A DNA stretch of 64,000 bases from a candidate division WOR-3 bacterium (GCA_020349965.1 CP070705.1:545934-609933), one strand, 5' to 3'; numbered from the stretch's first letter, positions 28,070-37,219 are shown. Notes: generated by a model not told the origin, from the letters alone. Translations and numbers: made by a program.

Positions 28070-28099
28070 ATTATACAATAGAAATCAAAGGTCTGTCAA
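28070..28099 (-). promoter_or_regulatory. Consensus sigma70 promoter driving the microprotein ORF
   Basis: On the minus strand the sequence reads cTTGACAgacctttgatttctattgTATAATgg. Confidence 0.55.
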
Positions 28100-28116
28100 G
28101 TGATGCAATTGATTAT

Positions 28117-29466
28117 TTATTTCGTCCTTTTAGAAGCATCTCTTCTTCCATTATCATAAATGCCAACTAACTCTTTCACTGTGCCCTTCTTATCCACGAG
28201 CATTTCTATTCTGAAGTAATCCAGTCCTTCCAATGTAAACAGATTATCCTTAAGCGGAATCAGTCTGTATTTCGGCCCAGTGCGCTGATAATAGAGTTCA
28301 CCGTTTTCATAAGTTATCTTTCGTTCGCCGTACTCCCCGGCGTATTGTCTTAATAACGCATCGTCAATGGTTATCGGTTCGATTCTTGCTCTTACGCCAT
28401 CTATTGCCCATACTATATGGAATTTTTTACTTTCGTTTTGAATATTCTTCATAATTTTCTCTAATGCCATCAGATACGCTTTGTCGAGAGCTTGCTTGCC
28501 CGGAACTGAAATGTGCGGTTCAATACCTGTGCCCTCCCAGCCTGTTCCAGTGATTGGATTGACCGGTCTGCGTACGGGTAGATGCATTACAAAACTCTCC
28601 TGTATGACCTCGATGTCGACATTGTGCCCTGAGCCAACTGTTGTTTCGCCGATTATGACGGCACGATCGAGTGCTTTCATGTTATGTGTGAATTCCTCGG
28701 CGCCTGAGCCTGTGTATCCATCCGTCAAGATATACAGGTCCGTGTCGTACATCCGCTTGCCCGGAACGTATGGCATGGTCCAGTATTGTTCAATTTTACC
28801 GTCGTACACCTGTTCGAGAGTATTCAGGTGTGTTCTACCCTGGCCAGTACCTCTAACAAAGTAACTGCTCAGCATTTGCACCATCGTTGGTTCGCCGCCC
28901 GGTGTATCTCTGAGATCAATTATGACGGCGTCTGAATTGGCGAGAAAATTCATGGCGGCAACTGCTGTTTCTCCAGCATAGTCTGGATTTGAGAAGAAAT
29001 CGAGATCCAGATATCCTACATTGCCTTTCAAGATCTCAACTTTCTTGAATCCGAAATTAGTCAGCCGTTCTTTCTCAGCCATTGCTTTGCTTGCGTTTTC
29101 GATTTCCTCGGGGGATTGACTCTTTTCAGCCGTGACCAACTTAGCCCGCTCTGGATTGTATTCAATGTAGAAGTGGTTGTCGCTACTGCTCTCGCGGAGA
29201 TCTACCGCTAGTGCACGGGCAAACTCCGCCGAACTGAGTAGTTTATCATAAGAGCCGTTCTTGAATCTTTTGCTCAGGTGCTCTGCAATTTGTTGCGCAA
29301 TGTCTCGTATCACGTATCTTTCGATGATCAAGCGATTAACGCTTCCGATAACAGCCTTTTTTGTTTTGGAATCCATCGTTATTTCTTCAGCCTCCCCCGC
29401 TGCGATTTGTGTTAAGAGGAAAAACACGGTGACCAATATGTATGTTTTTTTTATGTTGTTGTACAT
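28117..29466 (-). CDS. Secreted S41-family (C-terminal processing / tricorn-core-like) serine peptidase
   Basis: Signal peptide, then 'AVIIDLRDTPGG', 'GYTGSGAEEF' (Ser nucleophile context) and 'HNMKALDRAVIIGETTVG' (Lys), matching the Ctp S41 motifs. Confidence 0.7.
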   Translation of the reverse strand: MYNNIKKTYILVTVFFLLTQIAAGEAEEITMDSKTKKAVIGSVNRLIIERYVIRDIAQQIAEHLSKRFKNGSYDKLLSSAEFARALAVDLRESSSDNHFYIEYNPERAKLVTAEKSQSPEEIENASKAMAEKERLTNFGFKKVEILKGNVGYLDLDFFSNPDYAGETAVAAMNFLANSDAVIIDLRDTPGGEPTMVQMLSSYFVRGTGQGRTHLNTLEQVYDGKIEQYWTMPYVPGKRMYDTDLYILTDGYTGSGAEEFTHNMKALDRAVIIGETTVGSGHNVDIEVIQESFVMHLPVRRPVNPITGTGWEGTGIEPHISVPGKQALDKAYLMALEKIMKNIQNESKKFHIVWAIDGVRARIEPITIDDALLRQYAGEYGERKITYENGELYYQRTGPKYRLIPLKDNLFTLEGLDYFRIEMLVDKKGTVKELVGIYDNGRRDASKRTK

Positions 29467-29499
29467 CGTTTTGGCTCCTCTTCGACATTTATGTTCTTT

Positions 29500-29907
29500 C
29501 TACTTGATTGTTTTTTCTACGATTCCGAGGATTCTGAGCACGATGAGCACCGAGACGCAGGCGATAATCGCGAGCAGATAATAGCCTGCGCCGATCGCCA
29601 GTCCGAGTCCGCTCGCGAGCCAGATCGTTGCCGCCGTGGTCAGCCCATAAACCTCGCCACGGGCACGGATGATCGCACCTGCACCCAGGAATCCAATTCC
29701 TGTTACGGCGCCAGCAACGATCCTGCCGAGTTCGGAACTGGCTAGGCCCAGTTCGAGGCCGATGAGCATGAAAATGCTTGAACCCAGGCATACAAGGATT
29801 ATCGTGCGCAGACCTGCGGGTTTGTGTTCGAGCTCACGTTCGAGGCCGACCAGGCCTCCTATCACTATGGACGTAGCAAGCCGTATGACAATTGTTGTCC
29901 ACTCCAC
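29500..29907 (-). CDS. mgtC: MgtC/SapB-family membrane protein
   Basis: 'IVIGGLVGLERELEHKPAGLRT' signature. GTG start. Confidence 0.8.
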   Translation of the reverse strand: MEWTTIVIRLATSIVIGGLVGLERELEHKPAGLRTIILVCLGSSIFMLIGLELGLASSELGRIVAGAVTGIGFLGAGAIIRARGEVYGLTTAATIWLASGLGLAIGAGYYLLAIIACVSVLIVLRILGIVEKTIK

Positions 29908-30258
29908 GGGAGTATGATAACTACCGAGAGGGCGATGTCAATAACGAGACAAGACTCCAGTAGCTAAGTGCTATGTTCGCTATTATCGTTACTTCCGCTG
30001 ATCTCGCTGAGAATTCGATAATTAATTCTTACTGACTCCGCGCAGTGATAGACTGTATTCCGCTCAAAGCGTTGGGCGTATAGCGTGTTGCGTAGAGCAT
30101 ATGTAGTTGCTTGCAATAATGATATATGTGGATAATATAATGTATTACAATGAGTTCGAGACCGAGGAGAGTTTGGACCACTTTAGATGATGGATAACGT
30201 GAAATCGGCGGGCGATCGGTGCGCTGTATTTTTCTCGAGTGAATCTTAAGGGGGTCTA

Positions 30259-31092
30259 ATGTTTGAATTACCCGAATACGTTACTCTAGCAAAACAAATG
30301 AACAAAATCCTACAGGGCAGGAAGATAAAGAAGGGCACGTTGGGGAATTCACCTCACAAATTTGTGTGGTACAACCGGAAGCATGCTGAGTTTGAGAAGT
30401 TGACCAGAGGCAAGACTGTCGGCGAGTCAAGATCAAAAGGAAGGTGGCTGTTCATCGACCTGAAGCCCGGATACGAACTGTTGTTCGGTGAATGCGGAGG
30501 TAAGATGTTGTATCATCCTGCCGGAACCAGTCTCCCAAAGAAATATCATTTGTGGCTCGCTTTCGAGGATGGTTCGTCCTTCACTGCGGTGACTCAGATG
30601 TGGGGAGCTTATGAATTATATGAAAAGGGTAGGGCGTGCAACCGCAAGTATGTCAAGGATATGAGAACGACACCGATAGATGAAGAATTCACGTTCAAAT
30701 ATTTTTGCGGGCTTATTGATACTCTTCTCGAAAGGAAGAGTGTGAAGGGGCTTCTGACTCAAGATCAGTTGATACCCGGTTTGGGGAACGCGATCGCGCA
30801 GGATATAATGTTTGGGGCGGGTCTGCACCCAAAACATATGGTCGACGCATTGACCAGGGACGAGAGGCGGAAATTGTACCGGGCGGTTACAGCTACGGTA
30901 CGCAAGGTGATCAGCAAGGGCGGGCGTTATGATGAATACGATCTTCACGGCGTTCCCGGAAAGTATGTTCGATTGATGGACAAAAACACGGTAGGGCGCC
31001 CCTGCCCTGAGTGCGGCACCAAGATACAGAAAATTCAGTACCTTGGTGGGGCATGTTATTTCTGCCCCGAGTGTCAGAATGGAAGAACTTGA
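30259..31092 (+). CDS. Fpg/Nei-family DNA glycosylase/AP lyase with atypical N-terminus (MFELPE)
   Basis: 'GLGNAIAQDIMFGAGLHPKH' H2TH motif and a C-terminal 'CPECG...CYFCPECQ' zinc finger. The N-terminus reads 'MFELPEY' rather than the canonical 'MPELPEV'. An AAGGGGG RBS is present. Confidence 0.75.
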   Translation: MFELPEYVTLAKQMNKILQGRKIKKGTLGNSPHKFVWYNRKHAEFEKLTRGKTVGESRSKGRWLFIDLKPGYELLFGECGGKMLYHPAGTSLPKKYHLWLAFEDGSSFTAVTQMWGAYELYEKGRACNRKYVKDMRTTPIDEEFTFKYFCGLIDTLLERKSVKGLLTQDQLIPGLGNAIAQDIMFGAGLHPKHMVDALTRDERRKLYRAVTATVRKVISKGGRYDEYDLHGVPGKYVRLMDKNTVGRPCPECGTKIQKIQYLGGACYFCPECQNGRT

Positions 31093-31146
31093 ACAGTTTT
31101 CAGATATGAGTGATCCCATCGTGGCGGAGGGGTCGAAGGAGGTCAT

Positions 31147-31746
31147 ATGGCCAAGACAAAGAACCTGAAGGAGATCCTGATTTTACTTCGTAAATACAGT
31201 CAGTTGATAGTTGACCTCGGTTATGCAGCAGTGCTGGAGGACAATCTTGAACTGGCGCAGGAGGCGTTCAGGATCAAGTCCGAGATCAAAGAACTAGATT
31301 ATCAGCTGAGAAAAGAAGCCTTGATGGTTGCGCGTCTTTCCAGGTCTGCCAAAGAAGGCATACCGCAAATCGCCAACATACTACAGATTGGTGTGGCGAT
31401 CAAGGAAATATCTGACGGTATCGATGACTTGATCGAAATAGCGCTCAGAAACGTCGGCGTCCATCCGATAATCAAGATAGCCTACTCGCGCAAGGATATT
31501 AGGATCACGAGACATGAAATCGGAGAAGGGTCGAAACTCGATGGCAAGAGAGTAGATGAAATAAAAATGGACCCGGAATCCATTTTCAGGATAATTGCAA
31601 TGAGGCGGGAAGACGAGTGGACACTCGACCCGCCAGGAGGCAAGAAATTACAGGGCGGTGATATCATAATCACCGAAGGAAGGGACGCGGCAGTACGAAA
31701 GATGCAGGAATATGCCAAAGGCAAGAAAGAAGAGACGGGTAAATAG
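31147..31746 (+). CDS. PhoU-like / TrkA-C (RCK_C) domain regulatory protein
   Basis: The C-terminal 'GKRVDEIKMDPESIFRIIAMRREDEWTLDPPGGKKLQGGDIIITEG' matches TrkA-C. The N-terminal half is helical and PhoU-like. Confidence 0.55.
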   Translation: MAKTKNLKEILILLRKYSQLIVDLGYAAVLEDNLELAQEAFRIKSEIKELDYQLRKEALMVARLSRSAKEGIPQIANILQIGVAIKEISDGIDDLIEIALRNVGVHPIIKIAYSRKDIRITRHEIGEGSKLDGKRVDEIKMDPESIFRIIAMRREDEWTLDPPGGKKLQGGDIIITEGRDAAVRKMQEYAKGKKEETGK

Positions 31747-32917
31747 AAGAATAGTTGCCGATATTCTCCTTCAGGCGACTCCCGTAGTCATTTTGACTTC
31801 AATCGGCGAGCTCTTTGCCGGGTCGATACTCGGTAAGATGCATGAACGGCTCGATCTGATCCCCGGTCTCATTATCCTGGTTCCAGCCGTCATGGGGCTG
31901 AGGGGGAACATCGGTACGGCGCTTGGCTCGAGGATGTCTGCATCACTACATCTTGGCCTTGTCAGTAGTAGATTCACGTTTAATAGATTCAACCTTGGTA
32001 ATATCGAGGCAGGTTTACTCTTATCTTTGATGGTTTCCGTGATCATAGGAATGTTCGCACGGCTGGCGTGTCAGATTTTTGGTCTTCCGAGTATACCGTT
32101 GGTCAACATGGTTCTGATCGCGATCATGGCATCGGCAATGGCGTCGCTGTTGCTCGTACCCTTTACCGTGACCCTAACCTTCTTTGCTTTTAATAAACGC
32201 CTGGACCCGGACAATATCGTAGCGCCGGTCATCGGGATGGTTGGTGATGTAATAACCGTTGCCGTTGTGTTCATTGCTGCCGACGTTGTGTCGCGATTGG
32301 AGATCGGCAATGCGTGGATCCTGTTATTGCTGCCGGTCATTGCTATGGCAGCCAGGCGTGTCCCTGTCCGGTACCGACTGCTGAGCATACTGAAGCAGAG
32401 CATTCCAATATTGATTATATGTACAATGCTCGGGGTTCTCGCCGGGATTTACCTGCACTGGCAATATGAGAAATTCTATCTTATTCCCGGGCTGCTCATT
32501 CTCGTGCCGCAGATCATAGCCAAGGCCGGAAGTATTGGTGGGATTTTCGGCGCGCGCTTTTCATCGGCACTCCACCTTGGGTATCTGAAGCCTTACCGTG
32601 TGAATGACTACGTCGTCAAGAATTTTCTAGGCGGAATTGCTTTGGCAATGGTGATAGCGCCGATCGTTGCGATGATCACAAAGTTCGGCGCAGATCTATT
32701 CGGGATCCCAATCGTTCCGTTTGTACCGCTTCTCTTGATGAATATTTTCGCCATTGTGGCAATAACGTTCATCATTTTCATTCTAGATTTCCTGACTGCA
32801 TCATTGTCATACAAGGTGCGAATCGACCCATCGAACGCGGTCATACCTCTCGTTACCAGTTTAGGCGACATCGTAGGAACTGTAATCCTTGTGCTGGCAA
32901 TTGGTATATTTTTGTAG
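31712..32917 (+). CDS. MgtE-like (SLC41-type) divalent-cation transporter with two tandem MgtE transmembrane domains
   Basis: The 'LIPGLIILVPAVMGLRGNIGTALGSRMSASLHLG' signature is repeated as 'LIPGLLILVPQIIAKAGSIGGIFGARFSSALHLG'. The gene lacks the cytosolic MgtE N- and CBS domains, and a PhoU/TrkA-C gene lies directly upstream. Confidence 0.65.
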   Translation: MPKARKKRRVNRRIVADILLQATPVVILTSIGELFAGSILGKMHERLDLIPGLIILVPAVMGLRGNIGTALGSRMSASLHLGLVSSRFTFNRFNLGNIEAGLLLSLMVSVIIGMFARLACQIFGLPSIPLVNMVLIAIMASAMASLLLVPFTVTLTFFAFNKRLDPDNIVAPVIGMVGDVITVAVVFIAADVVSRLEIGNAWILLLLPVIAMAARRVPVRYRLLSILKQSIPILIICTMLGVLAGIYLHWQYEKFYLIPGLLILVPQIIAKAGSIGGIFGARFSSALHLGYLKPYRVNDYVVKNFLGGIALAMVIAPIVAMITKFGADLFGIPIVPFVPLLLMNIFAIVAITFIIFILDFLTASLSYKVRIDPSNAVIPLVTSLGDIVGTVILVLAIGIFL

Positions 32918-33092
32918 CTGACGTTACATCTTGCCTATTAATCAAATTCTGCAGTAGCAACCTTTCATCCAATCGACATATCGATATATGTACATATGCG
33001 CAATTGCGCATTTGTCGATAGTGGTGATTATCATTTCGGGACTGCAGATGTGAGGGCAGTGCGTATTAAGGTCGGGAAATAGAGGCGAGTGG

Positions 33093-33434
33093 TTATGATT
33101 TTATCATGACGAGAAGCATCTTAAATTTGCTCGTCGCCAGGAGTGCATGCGGTTCATGCGCCGGCATAATGATCAAATCGCCTGCGCTCAGCGTGTGTTT
33201 CGTGCCCGATATCGTGATCTCGCCTTCGCCTTCTATATTATAGACGAGCGCGTCAAAAGGCGCTGTGTGTTCACTCAATCCTTGTCCCTGGTCAAAGGCG
33301 AAAACGGTCACGCTGCCGCCCTGGCTTTTTACGATCTCACGACTGACGATAGAATTAGCTGCATACTCGACAAGATCCTTGAGCGCGGAAGTTTGTGCGC
33401 GCAGTTCGTCCAGCTTTCTAGGTTCGCTTTTCAT
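33093..33434 (-). CDS. Cupin-domain protein
   Basis: 'SEHTAPFDALVYNIEGEGEITISGTKHTLSAGDLIIMPAHEPHAL' cupin-2 motifs. The start was trimmed to the Met that does not overlap the upstream gene. Confidence 0.6.
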   Translation of the reverse strand: MKSEPRKLDELRAQTSALKDLVEYAANSIVSREIVKSQGGSVTVFAFDQGQGLSEHTAPFDALVYNIEGEGEITISGTKHTLSAGDLIIMPAHEPHALLATSKFKMLLVMIKS

Positions 33435-33465
33435 GGTGTGTATTATAGTGATGGAACCGGGTGTG

Positions 33466-34212
33466 TCAATCCGCCTTGACTTGTCCGGTCCGGAGCCAAA
33501 ACGCCCAATCAGCGCGTCCGTTCTTACCGGCCAGAGAAGATGCTGCTTCCCAATCATATACGACCTCTTGATGTTCCGCATGCCACGTTCCATTGCCTTC
33601 GGTCAGAATGGTGTAACGCGCGTGAGGTGAATGGTTCTGCATTGCGTGACGGTGCGGTGTTTCATCCTGGAAAGCCTGCAGTCCCACGCTGCCGGGGTCG
33701 ACGACCAGTGTTCCGTTGTTCAGGAAGAGCGACCGTGGAACGTGGTCGTGTCCGCACAGCACGACACGACAAGAGATTTTCTTGACCATCTTCTCCATCT
33801 CGCATCCGTTACGCAGGACTTTCCCATCAGGGTTAATGTGCCAGAAAAAGTATTCGGTGTCTGAACGCGGTGATCCGTGGCAGGCGAACAATACATTGTC
33901 GATGGTCGCAGTACAGGGCAGGCATGAAAGCCATTCTACCTGTTCACGTTTGAGCCTGCTGCGTACATATTGCAGGGTGGGTGACAGTTCATTTTCCCGA
34001 GCCGAACATATCATACGGTCCTCATTGCCCCGCACCGATCTAATGTTCAGGTCCACGATCAGTTCGGCAGTGCCTGAAGGATCAAGAGGCCCGTATAATG
34101 CATCACCCAGGTTGATGATATCGCGGACGGCACGGGTCCGGATATCGGCGAGGACGGCCTCCAGTGCGCCGCAGTTTCCGTGGATGTCAGAAATTATTGC
34201 ATACTTCTTCAT
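33466..34212 (-). CDS. Metallophosphoesterase (calcineurin-like)
   Basis: 'ISDIHGN', 'GDALYGP', 'GNED' and 'GHDH' motifs. Confidence 0.75.
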   Translation of the reverse strand: MKKYAIISDIHGNCGALEAVLADIRTRAVRDIINLGDALYGPLDPSGTAELIVDLNIRSVRGNEDRMICSARENELSPTLQYVRSRLKREQVEWLSCLPCTATIDNVLFACHGSPRSDTEYFFWHINPDGKVLRNGCEMEKMVKKISCRVVLCGHDHVPRSLFLNNGTLVVDPGSVGLQAFQDETPHRHAMQNHSPHARYTILTEGNGTWHAEHQEVVYDWEAASSLAGKNGRADWAFWLRTGQVKAD

Positions 34213-34300
34213 GAGGTTACCTGCTCGCTCGGTTCGTTAGAATTCAACGAGAAAAGGCTCGACGATTCCGCATTGTGACTGCCGGGAAATCCGGTGAAGG

Positions 34301-35311
34301 TTATTCTATTCTTTCGATGAGCCAATGTTTGAGCCGATCTCCGAACGGAATTTTCTGTCTCCAGTCTTCCTCCAAATAGAAATTCTCATGGCGTATTGTG
34401 ATCAGATCATCTATTGCTTGAGGGCGGAATTCGGTCGTATCCTCGGCATAAAGATGGATGGGGTAATTATAGGTTGGTGGCAGTTCGTATATCTCGTTTT
34501 TGGAGAATGAAGACAGGATGATGCCGGATAATAATGCCTGGTGTATGAAGATATGGTAACGATTATCCTTTTTGTAGAGTTCCAAGAACTGGGGTTCGCG
34601 GTAGAGGCCTAAGAACGTATCTTTCCATCGCCTTAATAAAGCCTGTTCCGGACGGGTTACAAGTATCCCGGCGTTGAAATATGGCCTGATGATGTTGTCA
34701 TCGACGTGTGTCCTCATCGGGAAGACGTAATCTTCGCGCACTCCGCAGCTTTGGTAAACGAGTGCCCAAAATTCATCGAGCGGGTTGTCATAGAGCGACC
34801 CGACATTCGTATGGTGTACGGGTCGATACCCCAGATTTCTATCCTGTGGCAGGATGAACTCAGACGGTTCATGCAGGATCAAGGTGTTTGAGCTCAGCCA
34901 GATTAATGTTTTTGCCTTGCCGATGGCAAGTGATTCAGCCAGTGCCGCCGCCTCGATGTCGGCGGCGAAGAAGAAACGGACGATCTCGGGTTTGGCTTCG
35001 AACGGTATCACGTCGATGTTCAGTGCCGAGGCTCTCTCTCTGAACGATTCTGATAACGCCTTGCCATATTCGGGCACCATGCACCAAATGGGAGCATTGG
35101 CCATGCTGCCTCCGAAGGCGCGAATGCTTTCGCCGAGAAGAATCGTGTTAATTTCAGAATGTGGCGCGGGATAGGTGACGGTGACGAAAATCGGCGTATT
35201 TTCAGGCACCATGTTCACATCCACATCTGCAGAAGAGTGGCGGGTATTGAGGAGAGCGAAGAAGAGAAGAACGATATTGAAAGATGTTCTGCAAAGACGA
35301 TTCCATTTCAT
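34301..35311 (-). CDS. Secreted hypothetical protein
   Basis: Signal peptide only; no motif I recognise. Confidence 0.3.
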   Translation of the reverse strand: MKWNRLCRTSFNIVLLFFALLNTRHSSADVDVNMVPENTPIFVTVTYPAPHSEINTILLGESIRAFGGSMANAPIWCMVPEYGKALSESFRERASALNIDVIPFEAKPEIVRFFFAADIEAAALAESLAIGKAKTLIWLSSNTLILHEPSEFILPQDRNLGYRPVHHTNVGSLYDNPLDEFWALVYQSCGVREDYVFPMRTHVDDNIIRPYFNAGILVTRPEQALLRRWKDTFLGLYREPQFLELYKKDNRYHIFIHQALLSGIILSSFSKNEIYELPPTYNYPIHLYAEDTTEFRPQAIDDLITIRHENFYLEEDWRQKIPFGDRLKHWLIERIE

Positions 35312-35633
35312 ATCAGTCCATCGTACAAACGGGAAACAGAGTCATGCTGTCGAATGCGTTGAGACTTGCACCCTGCTGATTGAGGACGACGGCAGTCGTG
35401 CCGAGGCCGAGCGGGTCCATAGGTGTAAGTTTTGCAGAAGGGCTCTTTTCAATTGTGGTCGATGCAGTGATTGGAATGATCGCCTGCGTTCCTTTCTTAG
35501 ATTCACAATTAACCCGATGATCCTCCGATTCAGTTCCGCGGAAAATGCCCGCTTCTTTTTACACATCCAACCGAGTATATCCGGCGTTCTTCCGATGTCA
35601 ATCTTTGCTGACCATCGAGGGTGCATTTCGCCA

Positions 35634-35661
35634 TTGACAAGTTTGAGATAATTAATATAAT
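35634..35661 (+). promoter_or_regulatory. Consensus sigma70 promoter (TTGACA-N16-TATAAT) for the third cold-shock gene
   Basis: Seen directly in the sequence. A 5' UTR partly homologous to the other two csp leaders follows. Confidence 0.5.
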
Positions 35662-35747
35662 TAGCTTAAGTCACATGGTTTGTTGGCGGAGTTCAGAATA
35701 TCAAAATTCTCACCCCCTCAATAAATATGGACTTGAAAGGAGCAAAT

Positions 35748-35951
35748 ATGGTGTATGGAAAGGTGAAATGGTTCGATAGTAGGAAAGGGTATGGTTTCAT
35801 AGAGAAAGAAGACGGAACCGGTGATGTTTTTGTTCACTACGCGGATATCGCAGGTGAAGGATATCGGTCCCTTAGAGAAGGCGAGAGAGTTAAGTTTGAG
35901 ATTACCCAATCCCCCAAAGGGGATAAAGCTACAAAGGTCGAACTTGCATAA
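35748..35951 (+). CDS. csp: Cold-shock protein, CspA family (paralog 3)
   Basis: 'MVYGKVKWFDSRKGYGFIEKEDGTGDVFVHYADI'. An AAAGGAG RBS is present. Confidence 0.9.
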   Translation: MVYGKVKWFDSRKGYGFIEKEDGTGDVFVHYADIAGEGYRSLREGERVKFEITQSPKGDKATKVELA

Positions 35952-35968
35952 CACTCAACGAATGTAAG

Positions 35969-35996
35969 AAAACGCCCCCGGTAGGGGGCTTTTTCT
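35969..35996. terminator. Bidirectional rho-independent terminator (csp3 / kinase gene convergent pair)
   Basis: AAAACGCCCCC-GGTA-GGGGGCTTTTT. Confidence 0.7.
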
Positions 35997-36007
35997 TTTG
36001 CTGTGAC

Positions 36008-36748
36008 TCAATTCTTCTGCCACGACATGTTTTCAAGATACTGACGCAGATGTCCCGCCGTGCGAAACTTGCGTACGATCAGGGAACGTTTAAGTCCGCA
36101 GCAGATTTCCTTAACTTCGGTTGGTAATTTCTTGTATTGTTGGGCGCCGCCCAACACATCGTAGAAGATGCGGATGAGATCGCATACGTCATCCTTGATG
36201 TTGTCGGCGCCGGGTGCGCCCCAATTATACATGTCGACAAGTTTGACGACGAATGATAACCCCTGTCGCTTTATTATGATATTTTCATCGTGAAGATCAC
36301 CGTGATATTCGCGTGCCCGGTGTATTTGCTCAACTCCTGCGGCGAGAGAGTGGAGAAGGTGCAGGCCTTCGAATGGTGTGAGCCGTTTTCCGAGTTGGCG
36401 TCTGACAAAGTCAATTAGCAATTCGCCTTCTACATATTCCGATATCAAGACCGTTACTGGTTCCCTGTGAAAGACGATGCGCTCCTGTGTATGGTATTGT
36501 ATGAGAATGGAACAGTGTCTTAATCTGTGAAGTTTCCTTGCATAGAACTTCGTTGCACGGTCATACCGATTCCGCTGCGGAAAGAACACCTTTGCAGCCC
36601 TTTCCACTCCGGTATTTCTTTCCTTCACGCGGTAGACTTCGCCTTCCCATCCACTGCCCAGCAACGACAAAACCTCGTATTTACTTGCTAGAATCCGTCC
36701 GGGAAGGAGGTTGAAACTTATGACACGTTCGATCTTCTTACGTGACAT
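36008..36748 (-). CDS. Atypical small protein kinase (RIO/Bud32/Kdo-kinase-like)
   Basis: 'LLGSGWEGEVY' Gly-loop, an 'AAKVF' Lys, 'YHGDLHDENIII' catalytic loop and 'LVDMYNWG' in place of DFG. There is no APE motif, and the protein is ~246 aa. Confidence 0.55.
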   Translation of the reverse strand: MSRKKIERVISFNLLPGRILASKYEVLSLLGSGWEGEVYRVKERNTGVERAAKVFFPQRNRYDRATKFYARKLHRLRHCSILIQYHTQERIVFHREPVTVLISEYVEGELLIDFVRRQLGKRLTPFEGLHLLHSLAAGVEQIHRAREYHGDLHDENIIIKRQGLSFVVKLVDMYNWGAPGADNIKDDVCDLIRIFYDVLGGAQQYKKLPTEVKEICCGLKRSLIVRKFRTAGHLRQYLENMSWQKN

Positions 36749-36868
36749 CTCGTGATTCCTCTGATAGAATAGTATGCATAATGAAAAGTGAAGTCAATAC
36801 ACTGTAATCGAGTGCGTTCGGCGTGAGTGGGTGATTGACACAGGTATCATGCTGCCTACACTTGTCTC

Positions 36869-37219
36869 ATGAAAGTAATACATATGAATGAGGCCGAAAG
36901 ATACGAACCGGAGAACGGCTGGATGCGCGCCAGCACGTGCAGTGAGAAAAATATCTCCGTAGAATATTTCATTAAACCGCCGCGCCACGTCTCTCCATTG
37001 CATCAACATCCCCAAGAGCAGGTTTGTGTTGTATTCAAGGGGAAGATGCGGATCAATGGTGCTGGTGGTGAGGAGTCGCTGCTCGAACCAGGAGATGCAG
37101 CATACTTTGGAGCCGGAGAACCTCATTCAATCGAAAATATACTGGATAGAGAATCCATCGGCATCGATATATTCGTTCCCGGGAGGTCTTTCGATTTCTG
37201 GCTGAAGCGAAAGACCTGA
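36869..37219 (+). CDS. Cupin-domain protein
   Basis: Small beta-barrel carrying 'PLHQHPQEQVCVVFKG...GDAAYFGAGEPHS'. Confidence 0.55.
   Translation: MKVIHMNEAERYEPENGWMRASTCSEKNISVEYFIKPPRHVSPLHQHPQEQVCVVFKGKMRINGAGGEESLLEPGDAAYFGAGEPHSIENILDRESIGIDIFVPGRSFDFWLKRKT

Noticed and set aside
27726-28170. Track ORFs 27844-28170 (+, 108 aa) and 27726-28022 (-, 98 aa)
   Set aside because: Both are low-complexity, Pro/Arg/Ser-rich translations of the same GA/CT-biased stretch. The RBS and promoter phase with a different, shorter minus-strand frame, which I report instead as the 48-aa microprotein.
29489-29917. Arg-rich ORFs (29489-29791 -, 29491-29745 +, 29669-29917 +) overlapping the MgtC gene
   Set aside because: These are alternative frames of a GC-rich membrane-protein gene. 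The MgtC frame carries the diagnostic motif, and the others are composition artefacts.
33435-33593. Long N-terminal extension of the cupin ORF (track start 33593)
   Set aside because: The extension overlaps the upstream metallophosphoesterase gene by ~130 nt in another frame. The internal Met at 33434 gives a normal ~113-aa cupin and removes the overlap.
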